Assembly (NCBI GenBank): GCA_976226885.1 | Contig: OZ320314.1 | Location: 76,508,001-76,572,000 of the forward strand | DNA from: Iphione sp. A-MEVVRFRX5 | Lineage: Eukaryota | Direction of reading: 5' to 3' | Length of the DNA: 64,000 bases | Part shown: one piece after another, positions 24,471-38,605 of the stretch | How positions within the stretch are numbered: position 1 is the first letter of the stretch | How the letters are laid out: each line of letters opens with the position of its first letter | Program-made: the position numbers and the translations under genes | Notes under the pieces: model-generated | The model's database searches: none | Told to the model about the DNA's origin: nothing | The model's input: the letters and a program-made list of their open reading frames with translations, nothing else

Positions 24471-25325
24471 GTCAAAGAAAGATTAACAGGCACACACAGG
24501 TTTGCGATGTATGCACTCGTGTTCATACATGAAGGTTTGCATCGATGATTTTGGTGTTCTCTACGTCTGTGCATATTATGTACCCCCCAAAGGATAAATA
24601 AATAAATAAATAATGTGAAAAGATTATTTTGATCATGGGATGGAGGAAACGTGAACAGATGACCCCTACAGATATTGCATGTACATGCAACGGGGTCAAG
24701 CAGGCGAGTAATTAAGTGTCAAACAGAATAGGTCAAGGTGTGAAGACTGTGGAAGCTGGGAGACAAATGGAAAGGGATAATCACATCCAGAATATGAGCA
24801 ATGCAAATAGAAAATAAATTAACTGAAAGTTTGAGACAAATGGAAGCAGAGAGATACGTGTAAAGTAAAACCAGAGAAAGACAAAGAAAAATGGTCAGAC
24901 ACGAAGGGCGGACTTGGTCAATGAAGGAGACAGACAAGGAGAGCCAGTCGAAGGTCGGTGAGCGTGGGGGATGACGAGAGAGTGTTGGACGACCGGTACC
25001 GGCCCGGCCACTGTGATTGATGTAGCCGCGGCTGTGAGTAGAATTAGGGTAGTCCCACCAGGACGGAAAAAGAGGCGGCCTTACTCCCTTCCCGAAGACC
25101 TAGCAAGCAATGGACTTGTACTTTGCACATTTGTGTGGACTGCCTGGGAAAGAATGCCGTAAGGCATCTCAGTAAATACCATTGCTGCACTCCTCTCTTG
25201 TGCCTTTCGTTCCTACATGCTCACTCTCATTTGAATGACGGTTGCAATGGCTGTCTGTCTTAATGGCCGACGATCTGTATGGCCGTCCTTGGTCGTTTAT
25301 GGCTGGTATTTTTCTGTAAATATGG

Positions 25326-25348
25326 CTAACCCTAACCTAACCCTAACC
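25326..25348. repeat. Short interstitial telomere-like (CCCTAA/CCTAA) run
   Basis: ctaaccctaacctaaccctaacc. Confidence 0.7.
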
Positions 25349-28300
25349 ACTGCCAGGCATATAGACCGACCACCCCAGCCATAAGTTACACCGGCCATTC
25401 GGACTGGCACTGGGTCCGTCTGCATAAGGCTTCAACTACGTCTGTTTGTCTGTCTGTCGGTCTGTCTCTATCTCATTTTCTTGTTCTTTCACTTACATAT
25501 CTGGATCCTAGACAGCATATACTTTGTGATTCTGTTCGATTTTTTTTGGTCTGCTCAAATGAATATAATAGCACAGTGCTTGCTTGTATCATAATAACAG
25601 ACACTACTATTAATATGGCACGTATATGAGACAATAATTGAGAAGGGTACCCATATATGAACGTGCTACATAAATGATGATCTTCGCGACGTAAGGGATC
25701 TAGCATTTCTTAGGCTACGTAATACTACACGTATAGGGTCTATTTTTGTTACACCGTTCGTGATTAAAACGTGGCATTTTTTGTCGCTGTTTGATTTATG
25801 ATAAAGCATTGTTCATAGTAAAGACGCTATCTTGATGCGGAGGAGAACCTTTCAGTAGATGATGGCCTTTGAGTACATGAACAGATGGAAATTATAATGA
25901 ACTGAAGGTCAATGTGTGAAATTCGCACGTGTGTCCCGAGTAATTAAAGCACGTACTATCGTGTGGGTATTTTCAGAAGGCAGAGGCTGAATGCAATTGC
26001 CTGCAGTTCACGAAAGTTTAAACTGTTAACCATCACGTAAGTTCTGAGGTGCTTTTCATTTGCTTTGTTTAGCACATGCCCCGGCCATATAAAGTGCACA
26101 TATCACAAAGCGGCGTCTAAGGCCAGTTCTTTGGGATCACTCAGAGGAACGCCCAGGAGTCAGACCAGATACAGGTGTATCAGTGTTTGATCTGAGGACG
26201 CCCACACTCCGTACACAAGACGCCCTCCCTTACCCACCCACCCCTCTGAAGACTACCTTCGCGTTGTGGCAGAAAATAACGGCAAGGTGGCCATGATGCT
26301 GTCGGTACCAAGGCCATGGAAGCTTCATAGGATCGTTAGAGCATGCTGAGTATAAAGCCACGAGTTCAGCCGGTGAGGAGGCGGCGGCTGGCACGGGCAC
26401 AGTTGGCAGTACCCGCTTTTCGCCAAGGCACCCTCTCCCCACCCTGCCCCCAACAAACCCCACCTGCCCCGCTGTACCAGCCACCCCCCCCCTCTCCTAG
26501 TTTGGTTCGCCCCTCTCAACCTTTCCCAATCTTCTATGTAATGCACACGTCGATATGTCGGTCTGCGAGGTGGAGATGGGTGTGGGCGAGTGCATGGAGT
26601 ACAATCCCGCCTGTGCTGCATGTGATCGGCCAATGCCGCCTTCTGGCACAGCGCGCTTTCATCCCAATTGTCGTCTGCCTAAGCTTCTTCTCGCCATTTT
26701 GTCTGCGTTTGATGCTCGTGGTACGTCAGTCATAATGACCTCAAATCATTCGAATTATGGCTTTATACGTGTTTTATCGAGAAAAAAAAACACGAAGAGT
26801 CATAGGCGAAAGCGTTCCGACAAAGCACAACATTAAAAGGTCAAATAAGAAAAGGAAATTATATTTACAGTTGACAGAGTGTACAGACCTGCCTACAAGC
26901 ATGGCGCCTCACTGCATCAAATATCAAATTCAGTCAGTAATGTAATGGAAATACAAAGAAGAAAGTCATTTTGCCTGTGTTGGAATAAAAGGGATTTCAA
27001 GACTCAATAATAGCGGAGCTGCGTTAATCAATCCATTTATGTTTCTATTTTTGATTCAATAAATTTAGTTGACTTTAGAGAACGTAATGAGTACACGGTT
27101 AACACCTACGCTCATGACATCATCATTTGAAAATATGATATGCATTTAGTATACAGATTGGATCAGAAAGACATTTATATAAAACCTTGTAATATGGAGG
27201 TCGTTTGAACATTGTTACAAAACACTTTTCTCAATGAACAGCATTTGCTCTTTGTTAAGCTATGTTCTATTTCTATTAACCACGACAAAGTGTCTTGCCC
27301 AAGATGTACACGTTCATTCACCTGAACAGGTCTCTTTAAAAACCGCTTCCGTTTGACATAGGCTCAGAAGTTTTCGAGTTTTATATATAGAATTATTATT
27401 ACATTCACAGCAGAAGTGCCTATTTTGCGGACATATTGTAATCTTCAATTATCAGTGTACATGTACATGTGCATGAAAATTTCTCATTCTAGTACATGTA
27501 ATGCGACAGCAACGCTGCATTGGCCATTCCGTCATCGCCAGAGTCACTATAAGGATAAATCGATTGAACAATGTTTTGTACATGTACAATATTCTATGAA
27601 AGGGGTTAGGTACCCACAAAGAGGTTGCGAATGTCTTTTCCGTTGCAATATTAACTGTACGTAAAGCATATTACAACTACAAGTATTCATATATAGCCAT
27701 CAACGGAATTCATGTGGTTACATGCAAGAGGAACCAACGCAAAACAATTTGACTGACACAAGTCTTTTTATTCTTAGTATATGGTAGTATGCATACACTG
27801 CTGCCTGTAGCCAGATTAGTAGACTTTCGCTATTATGTATCTCCTTCCCAAAAATATAATACACTTTGTACCCTATCGCTTGACATCTAGTGTTGTCTTC
27901 TTGTCGAAACAGAAGTGAAAATAAAAAAGGACATCTATTACTACTATTGCTAATGTATATTACTTACTATATGGTACAAAATAACTCTGCTCTGCTGGAA
28001 TAAAAAAGATAAATGGGCAAGAAATGCATAACAGTATCCATATTAAATGGCGGCAGATATTCTCATATCGGGGTGACCATGATTCTTGTGTGTAGTAAAT
28101 ATTATGCTATGAGTTTGTTGCTTATCATGCTCTATGCCACAGGACCTCAGACTGGATACCAGCTCAAAATGGTTTACACGAGTAAATGTACTCCACATCT
28201 TCTACATGCTCTCAGTCAGGAGTTCCATGAATTAGCAAAAGAGATATTAACATTCGTACGAGAATATTTATCGTTTAAAGTCATACCAGTGGTTTTCTAA

Positions 28301-31300
28301 TAAACGAACGCCTGGTTTTACTGCAGTTAGTTTGTGACCGATGTGCAGCTGGTAAGTTCATTTGACACCAAATCCTCAGAAAGTATATTAAGTACATACG
28401 GAACGTCAGCTTAACAAATTAGTAAATATATTCCAAATAATGGGTTCAATAAGAATCAATACATTTGAATACGATGTTGCATTTGTTAACCAATGTAGAC
28501 AAATCAAGGGTCGATGGAGAGTCATTCCGATATGCACGCAATAATGACACTCGGTAAACAAACAACTCCCCCGGTGACTCAGAGAATACACGTATGTCGA
28601 CTGACAGTAGTAAAGTAGTTGTCCACAAACCACTGAACTGAGAACGGTTATAATAAAATGGGTAGCCCAATTCTGAGGTCCCGTCCCAACGTTCCAACTT
28701 CCGTTACGGTGACATTGTATTATGCAAAAGGATCTGAGACAACATGAACTTTACCTGTTTGGGTTTGTCTTCGATTCGACGAGCAACAAATCAGTTCTAC
28801 ATAAAAAAATCCCTTCAATTGTATCAACGGTCTACATCCTTGCATTGTCTTGCTTCGCAAATATTAAAAGACTTAAACTTGATGGGAAAACATACATGTA
28901 TGAGGGGAAACGAGCTGGAAATAAGCTGGGCTCAGGGTCATCATGCGTTTCTCGTGTAGTGAAGTACAATGTACATGTATATATAAACTGAAGATGCTTA
29001 GTTTGAGTGTGGTATGCGTAGCGCGGCTGACAGCGCGTCTGACAATGCGGCTATTCCTCTCCCTGTCATTGTACAGTCCACATCTGTAAATCTTACCTTC
29101 CAATACAATGAGAATCATCGCTACCTCCTATAGACATTGCAGCTAAAACTTACTGCGACGTGAACTACACAGAAGGACCTAATAGTGACGCAAGGTCTGT
29201 GACATTAACGCACTGGGACCATCCTAGGGGTAACCATGCAACCGCGGCTTAATATCAACAAAAACCCTTTACGCATAAGAATCTGAACGTTTTGCGAGTT
29301 CTAGGCACCGGGTGACGTAAAACACCATCCGCTTTGTCCGCATCTTTTCTTCAGTTTTTACTCGAAAAACACGACCGTACTGCTGTTTGAAATTCGAACG
29401 CAATCATTACATTCTCTTCAAACAGATAGTCTCGACAACTCGATCGTAGTACTATTCCTATTTCTATGAAGCGTCTACGATAATGCAATCGCGGCGGTGA
29501 AACTGAGAGCAAAATGACACAAGAACCATGACAGCTTATATAAACGAAGTAGGAATCACAAAAATAGTCGTACAGTTACCCTGATTGTTGTTACTCATAC
29601 AAGTGATCCATAACCTGATTTTTTTTTTCAGTAATAGCCTTGTTTATTGTGGACACAGGAGATACGACCGGTGGATAACAATCGCCCTTTCTTTCTTTTC
29701 AGATGATTTTAACCTACCAAAAGCCTTTCTTTCAAATACAAAGCAAAAGGTGTATAAATGTATGTATGATTGATACGTACGCAATCAAAAGGCTGGAACT
29801 GTGAACATTCGAGAGCATACTCTAGTTAAAACGTTACTGAAATCACCTTTAAATAAGTGCATAATTGAATGATGATAAGTCTGTAAGAAAACGACCAATT
29901 CGTTGTTAGGCCTGGTTTTGCCCTTGGAAGTCACAAAGTTTGAGGTATCTGAGGGGTGATTTCAAAAGAAAACGATAATATGCGTCACACAAATTATCCT
30001 GATATAGAGAGTGTTCATTGTCAAGACATCAGCCACTTTCTCTTTACTAATATTATCTCAACTTACGTTTTGCGAGCACTGAGTTTTTGTTAAATGTGCA
30101 CAACGGGGTGATAATCGTTCTTGATTACCACTGAAGCCGATCAGCTTGATACTGGTAACATGGATAAACACCTGCATGTACTGAGCCTGGGTCGGAGCTG
30201 CATCCGCTGAAAACCCTATGGTTCCAAACAGATCAGCCACGCAACAGCTAAATTTATTACCGCTTCCTTGCTTGGGACAAAAGGGAAAAGCTCTTGCCAT
30301 AAACTTACAACGAATGCCCAGTCACCAGTGACATAAACCCAGTGTTGTTTGCATACAAAAATAAGACAGTATCTTATAGCGATCGCCATACCTAGACATG
30401 AAAAACAATAATACAAAGGAGATCGTTATCCTTTGATTCCCCATGAACACAAAATATCTTTCAAAATAAAAGGATTTCAATGATAGTTTTATATAACACT
30501 TTTAACGCCTTCTTAACTAAACCTTTACTAAAACCTACCACAACAGTCATAGCAGTATTATAAAAACAAAAAGAACCTTTCTTCCTATCATAACTTTCGC
30601 TCCTGCGCAGAACACGACGACAATGCAGCATCGCAAAACCTTTTGGACGTTTCAAGAATAGTGATTATCATTTGGTAAATTACTTGAAAATACATGTACA
30701 CATATAGTTTGTACACCCCTGTGTTTCCCAACGGCTGTGGGATTTTTTTCACCCTATAAACGAAGTGGGCCTTCAAAACTATTTACAAAATAGAGAAAGC
30801 TATATCATATCTACACAACTCTCCTGTTGGTGGTTGTGAACGCGAGAATTTCGATGACACTCATTTCATTCGAACTCGAGATTTTCTGGAGTGTTGTTGA
30901 GGAGAGCGTTGGACCGATTCTCCTAGAGTAGCCGTCACGAAGAGCCCTACATGCCGTCTGCCATTGTGATGTGCGCAGGGCGAGATAGCAACACTCCTGG
31001 TTCAGAGACATTATCCTCGAAAAAAAACTTATCTTTCTGATACATTATCAGAGCTATTATCGTTAAAAGGTTTTGGTATATACTCAATATTGGCAAAAGA
31101 CCTGCTCTAAAAGACCCCACCAAGTACGTCGTTTTTTCAAAGGAGAGAAGACAAGTCTCTAATCCTGAGTGAGTGGTTACAACGCTACGTAATCGCAGTA
31201 GAAGTGTAGTACAGTGTATTTCTGACCACAGTACTAATAATGGTAGTTCCTGTTTCCATGACCACCCCCCATTTAAATCAGGCTGAGGAAGGTGGCTGGT

Positions 31301-34300
31301 TGGCAAGTTCATAACATGGTCAAAGCCATTCATTTTATGCTGCTCCACACAGTCAGTCCTAAGCCATAGATTAGTGCAAGTTAGATTCATTGTAAGTCAC
31401 AGTCAACGCCGGCCCGAGGCCCACATATATACATATCTGGCTATCAAGTCAAGAAGTGGAATTTCAACAAGGAAAACGGTATATGTTTTCTTCGTATGCA
31501 ATACAGCTAGACGATCTAAAATCTCAAGAACAGTAATGGGTAACACTCAGGACTATCACTTTTCTTATATAAACCTTGTTGAATAATCGTACTTCAAAAG
31601 AGTCCAAAAGACCTATTCTAAATCCTCTCTAAACTGGTGGCATGCTTTGAAAGGTGAAATACTCACATTTGTTGAAGAAATATCATAGTTGACTTGGCAG
31701 TTCTGGCAACATTATATATGTGAACATTTTCATCAGAAAGGAGTTAGACAATAATTTCCAAGACAAAGTGGAATACAAACCGAACCTATATTATTTATAC
31801 ACACATATATTGATATATATATACATATATATTCATATATATATGACTCTGTAAACGGCAAAGGTGGGCTTAACTACATCATGTGTAACCCGTCCAACAT
31901 GTGGCAGCGTTGTCATGGATACGAGCAAATACTCAAAAATGCTACACAAAAATAAAACTGTAATAACCGTAAAAGATAATTAATTATGCACGGAAAACAT
32001 CTAATACGTCCGATATAACTAGTTACATCCAATTTCCACAGATTCTGTCCACAGACTTACAACAATCAATGAGGTAATCCGGGTATGCAATTATTGGCTG
32101 TTGATAATGACGTTGTAATAAATTACATCAATATCGTAGTGTAAAATAGACAAATCGTCGCTTCCTCCAAGGTTAGAAAACGTTGGACTTGAAGGGGGTT
32201 CGTCACAGGTCGATTTTAGTGTCTGTCAAGTCTTCATGGAAGTCATCAAGAGTTACCGTCAGCTAACCCGGTTTCCACCAACACGGGACACTCACACCAT
32301 CTCATACCCTTGAAGAGTATGGGCCGGAAGGGGGGGGGGGGAGGCGGGGTTGGTTGCGGGTGGAGTGTTGCGTTCAAGGGTGGGTATTCGGTGGGAAAGT
32401 GATGTGGATAGATAGCTAACGGATGAACATTCATCGGTAACATGACATGCAACTGATTCGTGGAGAACCGGCATGATTTGATGCGATCCTCAGTATCCGA
32501 TCCTAACCACTAAAGCACCATTCACCATTAAGTCATTTTGAACACAAGTATTATAGTTTTCAGATCGCAGGTTCTCGGTGAAAACATGGACGAAAAATTC
32601 CGCACACACTGACACATATACCAATGTATAAGTGACAAGGACTTCGAGTCTGACATTCCAATAATCTGAGAGGGAAAGGGGCCTAGACGAGGATCTGCAA
32701 CGTTCCTATCTCAATGACGCATGTACTCGCAGAAATGCGGACACTCAGAAAATGAGCTCAGGGAATGTATTTGGTAGCAAATTCCATCCAACAACGTAAA
32801 ACACACAGGAGACAAAATGAGAAACAGTGACAAAAACAGGAAGAGAAATATGGATTTGCAAATACAGGGATTCGTACCCACAGCAAGATGTTAGCAGACT
32901 TGGTATAAATATACATAAAAAACGAAGGATGTTTTAACGTAACAAGGGACAGTCAACTGTCACGTGACGTGGTTACAAAAAAGGCTTCTATCTATAGCAA
33001 ATATATCGTGTCAAAAATCACAATGGTGGCAGTGCTTGCGTCTGGAAATAAATTTTGCGTTTTCTATTTGCGCTCTCCTTTAACTTTGCAGAATACTGAA
33101 CACAGGTTGTACAAACATCGTAAATGAACCAATTAAAATGCAGTAGTTACATCACTACTTTGTTAGTGTCTGTAGCTATCCTATCAACGTTACTATACAA
33201 CTAAAAACATGTATCTTTATTATGCATGGTGAATCACAAACTATACATAAAGCTCCATGACTGCGTATGTCTATCACTATGATATATCATATATGCGTAA
33301 ACTAAGAACCGACCACCGGAACATAAAAAATAATGTCTCCTGTACAAATGAAACAGACCCCTTTTATGTGTAGGGCAGGGAGCTATCTGAGGGGAAAAGC
33401 ATTTATCACGTAGTGACCCAAAACAGTTCTACAATGCCCACCTACAGCTAAAAACACACTGCTCTGCAGAAAGCTTCCTAGAACATAATTAAATGTAGAC
33501 AAGGTGATGCGTTGTTGTGTAAGCACTTGGATCGAAGCAACTTTTCGTTTTCACACTTTTTTAATTTCTGTGCATTTCTAGCAAAGACGAGATATAAGTT
33601 CCTATTGGCGAGGGGGACGTGGTAGTAAAAAGGAGCGGGGGGGGCGACAAGTGCTCATGACATACACTTGTAGTCGTGAACTCATACAGATAGATAAAAT
33701 TAGAAACGCTGAATTACACTAATTGCACACTCACATTCACACATACATCTACACTCGCGCGATGGAATACAGCTTCTCGCCAACTGGGTACATGGAGGTG
33801 TATATGGACAGTCTCATGTAGTCATAGAGCCCCTGGGCTGAGCTCCACCGACACACCTGGACCGCCCTGTTTGTACCGATGTAACCGTGAAGGGCAAGGC
33901 TCAAATCGGTTTTCCGATTACTTATTACGATATACGACACCCGACCATAGAAAAAAAACACACAGCTGTCCTCATAACAGGAGATGAACGGGTGGGATGT
34001 GTTCTCGCAAGAGCGACGGGTAAAGCTCCACAGGCGCTAAGGGATCATCACCCTGAGAGAGCAACTCACCACAACATGCACTTGCACACACCATCAAATG
34101 CGGCTGAAATTCAGAAGAAAGGCAAGGTAATCGTGCCCGCCATTCGATACCGAAACAAGGGGCGCCGATTCCTGCACCTCTCTCCGTTGGCGCACCCCTG
34201 CCGATGCATCTACCCGTTGACATCGATTTCTCCTCCATGCAACCAGAAACAAATAACAACGGTTAAAAAGATACACCCGGATAAAAAAAATGAGGGAAAC

Positions 34301-37300
34301 CTGGGCACGGAGGATGAACGTTGTGTTGTTTATTCTTGTGTTTTGTACCCTGTTGTCGACCACATATAACAGCCACCATGTTTATCGATATGTACTTCTC
34401 TATTGTGAGTGATCACCCCATTGCTTAGTGCGCATTATCACAAAGCCAAAAGGCCAGGTAGTGCATACGGCCGGCGGGAGGTGGCGCGGTGGGAGGGCGT
34501 TCTTAACCAATGAAGCAGAGTCCGAACGCACGTGGACATCGCTGGGCAAAGAGGTGAAGTTTGAGCAGAGTCCAACTCCGCGCATTAGCTCACCTTTTAT
34601 GTGTGTGCGAGTGCGTGCGGCGACGGGTGGATGGGTGGGTTTGAGGGCCCTGCCCTTAGTGCGTAGCATGGCATTACATTGATCAACAGCCACACCCATT
34701 CGTCATAAGATATTGATAGCTCGCGCGTCAGCGGCTCACTCAGCACAGTTACACACACAGCTCGCGCACAATGCACTCGGATAACTCACATACGTTCTCC
34801 GCCTGCGCACAACACATGGACATCGATCTACAAGAACACGACCGCATCACACATGGACACGAAAACAGGAGGCATGGTGAAGCTAGCATGACACAAGTTT
34901 CTATGGCAACGGTACCTTAAGAGACACACTGAAGTACGTCTATCGCGCCAGTGATGTCAACTTTGTCCGCCGTACTGCCAATGTCGCCGTCGGTCTCTGG
35001 AGACTCAAAGCGCGTTATTAACAATAGAATTCTCCTGAATGTTAACAACCAATCGGCGTGAATAATAGTTCGCGTACCTCGTACAACAAGTACATACATG
35101 TACATGTACATGGTAGAAATTTGCTACGAAAATATCCATTTGACAAGTGGCATCCCACTCCCTCCAAAATACACTAAGCAAATTATGACATGAGTGTTTT
35201 ATCGGCCATAATGAAGGTCACGCTGCCATAGAAACTTCATTTGCGTATTCAGCTACCTTCAAAGGAAATCTCTCGGATTTGCATATCTACAAGAAATCAA
35301 TTATCTACGGCTAGACCCTTCTTTCATAAATGACTTCGATCATATTACTCCCACAAGAAACGTTATACATTTACATGCATTAAGAACTGTCAGTCAAGTC
35401 ATGGAATAACTGCTGATCTTCCATCGACGTGGATAATAGCGACATTTTGATTCGAAATTGAGTAGTTTTTTTTCTTTGGTAATTGGTTCAATTGCTTTTA
35501 TGCTTTGATTATCTACGAGATTAAATTGCGTGTCTGGGTTGTTTTCGTTTTTGATAACATGATTCTTCGCCACTTTTTCTCATGTTTCGAGTCCACTATG
35601 AAAAGGGGTGACTATCGGAAAATAAAGGAGGAGGGCAACATATAATATATATTTGTATATATACTGCATACTAAGCACCACAAACATGGTCGCAATACAA
35701 ACAATAACAGTAGAACAGTTCAAGCTGGGAGTAGCATTCATGCAATACCCGTTAAAAGCACATTCCAGAAGTTGGCGCTATTTAAGCACGTTATGGGGAT
35801 ACACCATTAAGGGACTTCCTCGATTACTAACTTTCCGTCGGAGTTCATGCTGACGCATGCCTATCCGATTGACTCACAACTTTTCGACGAACACCTAACC
35901 AGTGCGAAAACATTTGTGTAAGCGCTATTATAGTGAGCAACTGACAAGGTCGGGGGGGGGGGGGAGATATAGCAGTTTCGACTACAGTCATGACTTCAAG
36001 CGAGTGTTCATAGAAATGTATAGCATTCGTACAAGATCACAGAGAGTATGAAGGTGTATGACGAAAATCCATAGGTTTCATAGATGCAAATGATATACTC
36101 TAAACACAAAGAGAAAACAAGAAACAATGGAAAAAGTCCTTCGTGGAGGAAAAACAGATAGCAATTCGGATGAGGGGGCGGGGGGAAGGAAATGCCCTAC
36201 CGTTCATGGATCACCAAACACAAACTGATGAAAACCCCTCGACAAGACTCACGCATCAAAAAAAAAAAAAAATACTAAACCATACAAACAACAGTAAAAA
36301 GTAAAAACAAACGTCATGTGCTCGTTGCAAGGCTCCGTGTGCGGTGAGCTTGTAACGAACCTCCTGGATCATGGGTGATCAAAATAAACAGTAGTACACT
36401 AAACAGGTTTCTTCACACTTCAAGTGGGCAAAGTGACAACCATTCGACAAGGTGGGACATGTAAATAAGCTATTATGTCAGCACTTCACTAAAAAGAAAA
36501 ACGCCTAATCTACGCTAGTCTAACTACACGAGAATAACTCTGCGTCCATTATGCATGTTACAAGTCTTTTCGTTAAGTTTTGTTAACGACCACCCCTTTT
36601 TATATCTTGTAGACTCTTCCAAAATCACAGACAGGAAGGATACATGAGACACACCTAGGGGTGTTGGGGCAGATGAGTGAGGGTTGCAGTAGAGATACTC
36701 TGCTGTTTTCCCCTTATGAAGAAAGAAGTCTGTGGTGAATGGGGAAGAGACCGCCACGCTGAGGGGGACGCACCCCTTGCCGAGCATACGCACAGTACAA
36801 CATGGCGTCCCTCAAGGTGATGTTGCCTTCCTTCAACATCCAGCAGTGTAGGTGTATATCCTCACAATTTATACAGCCACTACTACAATAAACATACCCA
36901 GCATCTCTCATCTTAACTTCGCAAGTAGGTAAAAATATATATATGTATATATGTATATGCTAGTCAACAACGCTATACAGGTATTTCTGCGTAACTAAGT
37001 CACAATGGGTGTAAAGTACAGAATGGTTGTACTCTACGAGGGAGATTCTACGGCGATCACCTGGCAACATGAGATTCATCTGAACGGCAGTACCATTATA
37101 GGTAACGATCCATGAGCTTTGTCGTCGTGAGTGGCGAATCACACATACAACTGATAATTGTACATGTATGAAGAAAGATTACAAAAAGGACTTTCCTTCT
37201 AAGAGTGAGACACTTTAAACCCCCATACACGAAAAAAAACTTTGGATAAAGCTTTCTTCTTAAGTCTCTGCAGCGCCCCCGGTAGGCGATTATCAAGGGT

Positions 37301-38605
37301 AGCCGTGGTAACGGAGGGGGCCCATGGCTACCTCTGCAAGTCTTTTGCCATTGCTCACCCCCTCCTGGCTTCGCTATAGTTAAGACGGCGCCAAGCACCC
37401 TCCCATGGTAGCACCCTGTGGCAGGACGTGTAACAGCTGTCACGACCCTGCGACCCTGTATGTCTTGAGTCCGGTATTTTTTGTTTTGCGGGCTGCACAA
37501 CCTTCACAGCCTGCGTCCATGGTACATACACACACCACAGCTCGCTCAATTCTCGGGAAAATTTTGATTCCGGGACTGATCACCGATTTGCAACAGTGAA
37601 CCAAAGAGCCTTTTTCAGAAACACCCGTGTCCCGATAAGCTAACTTGTGTATTATGACACACATCATTCTGAAGTATTCTGTACTTTTTAGAGATCATGG
37701 TGGCCATTAACCAGGACTTTACATATATAATCAAGGTGTGCTTATCGCCGGATACATAACGACCATGTCCCAAAATGACAGTGCGTCCAAAGTGACAAAC
37801 AGTGAGCATGTATCATCGCTTCTTCATAAGACTTCTTATTTTCTCCTCTAGGGCCAAGCTTGCGATCTACACTATTTCTATAACAACTACGTATGGTAAG
37901 TAGAAACAGTGACAACTTCTCTAAACGCTGTTAGGGGGCGCTGAGACCTGTGTATACGTTTTTCATGTTTATATCAAGAAATTACTGGCTCGTACATTTT
38001 GGAGCGCCACAGACTCTTAAAATTCTCAAAACCCGAAAAGATGCAATATGCTGTACATATTTTTTTTTACCGAACAACCCACAACCCTTCCCCAACCTGT
38101 GAGACCTTTCGCTGTACTACCCGCGTAACATGCATTCGTTTGTGTAACCTTTTCACAACATATAAAAACCTATCGTCCTTTCGTCTATCTGGAATGGATT
38201 TGTTGACGTATCACTTTGTACTTTACCAGTTTATCACGGAGAGACCAGACATCTCCCCTTGCATTCAACATACACTTCAACATTGATAACTTATAAACCA
38301 AGAAAAGAAGGCAACAAGCCAAGCCTTGGGTACCTGCCCTTCGCAACGGACGAAACCCTTTCCCAACTCTTCAGCCTGCTTTTTGGGGTGCCGGCTTGCA
38401 TCTTTTCGGAATGTGAGAATTTTGTCCACATCAGTCCTTTTTGTCGTTTTCCCCTCCTGTTGTTGTTGATGTGGCTGTTTTGCCTTCTTGCTTATTTCTA
38501 CATGTCATACTTCAGACTTTTCACTTGGAGTGCTACGGTGTCCACTCTTGGCGCGGCCGGCGGCAGCGGCGGATCGTGAGCGGCGACATGCAGATGGTTG
38601 GGCCA

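Noticed and set aside
26555-26836. LIM-like motif CAACDRP...FHPNC
   Set aside because: The C-to-H spacing is too short, the second zinc knuckle is missing, and no splice context supports it.
34886-35243. Inverted GTTTCTATGGCA(A/G)C pair as MITE TIRs
   Set aside because: The match is short and imperfect with no TSD, and is equally explained as RFX X-box-like motifs.
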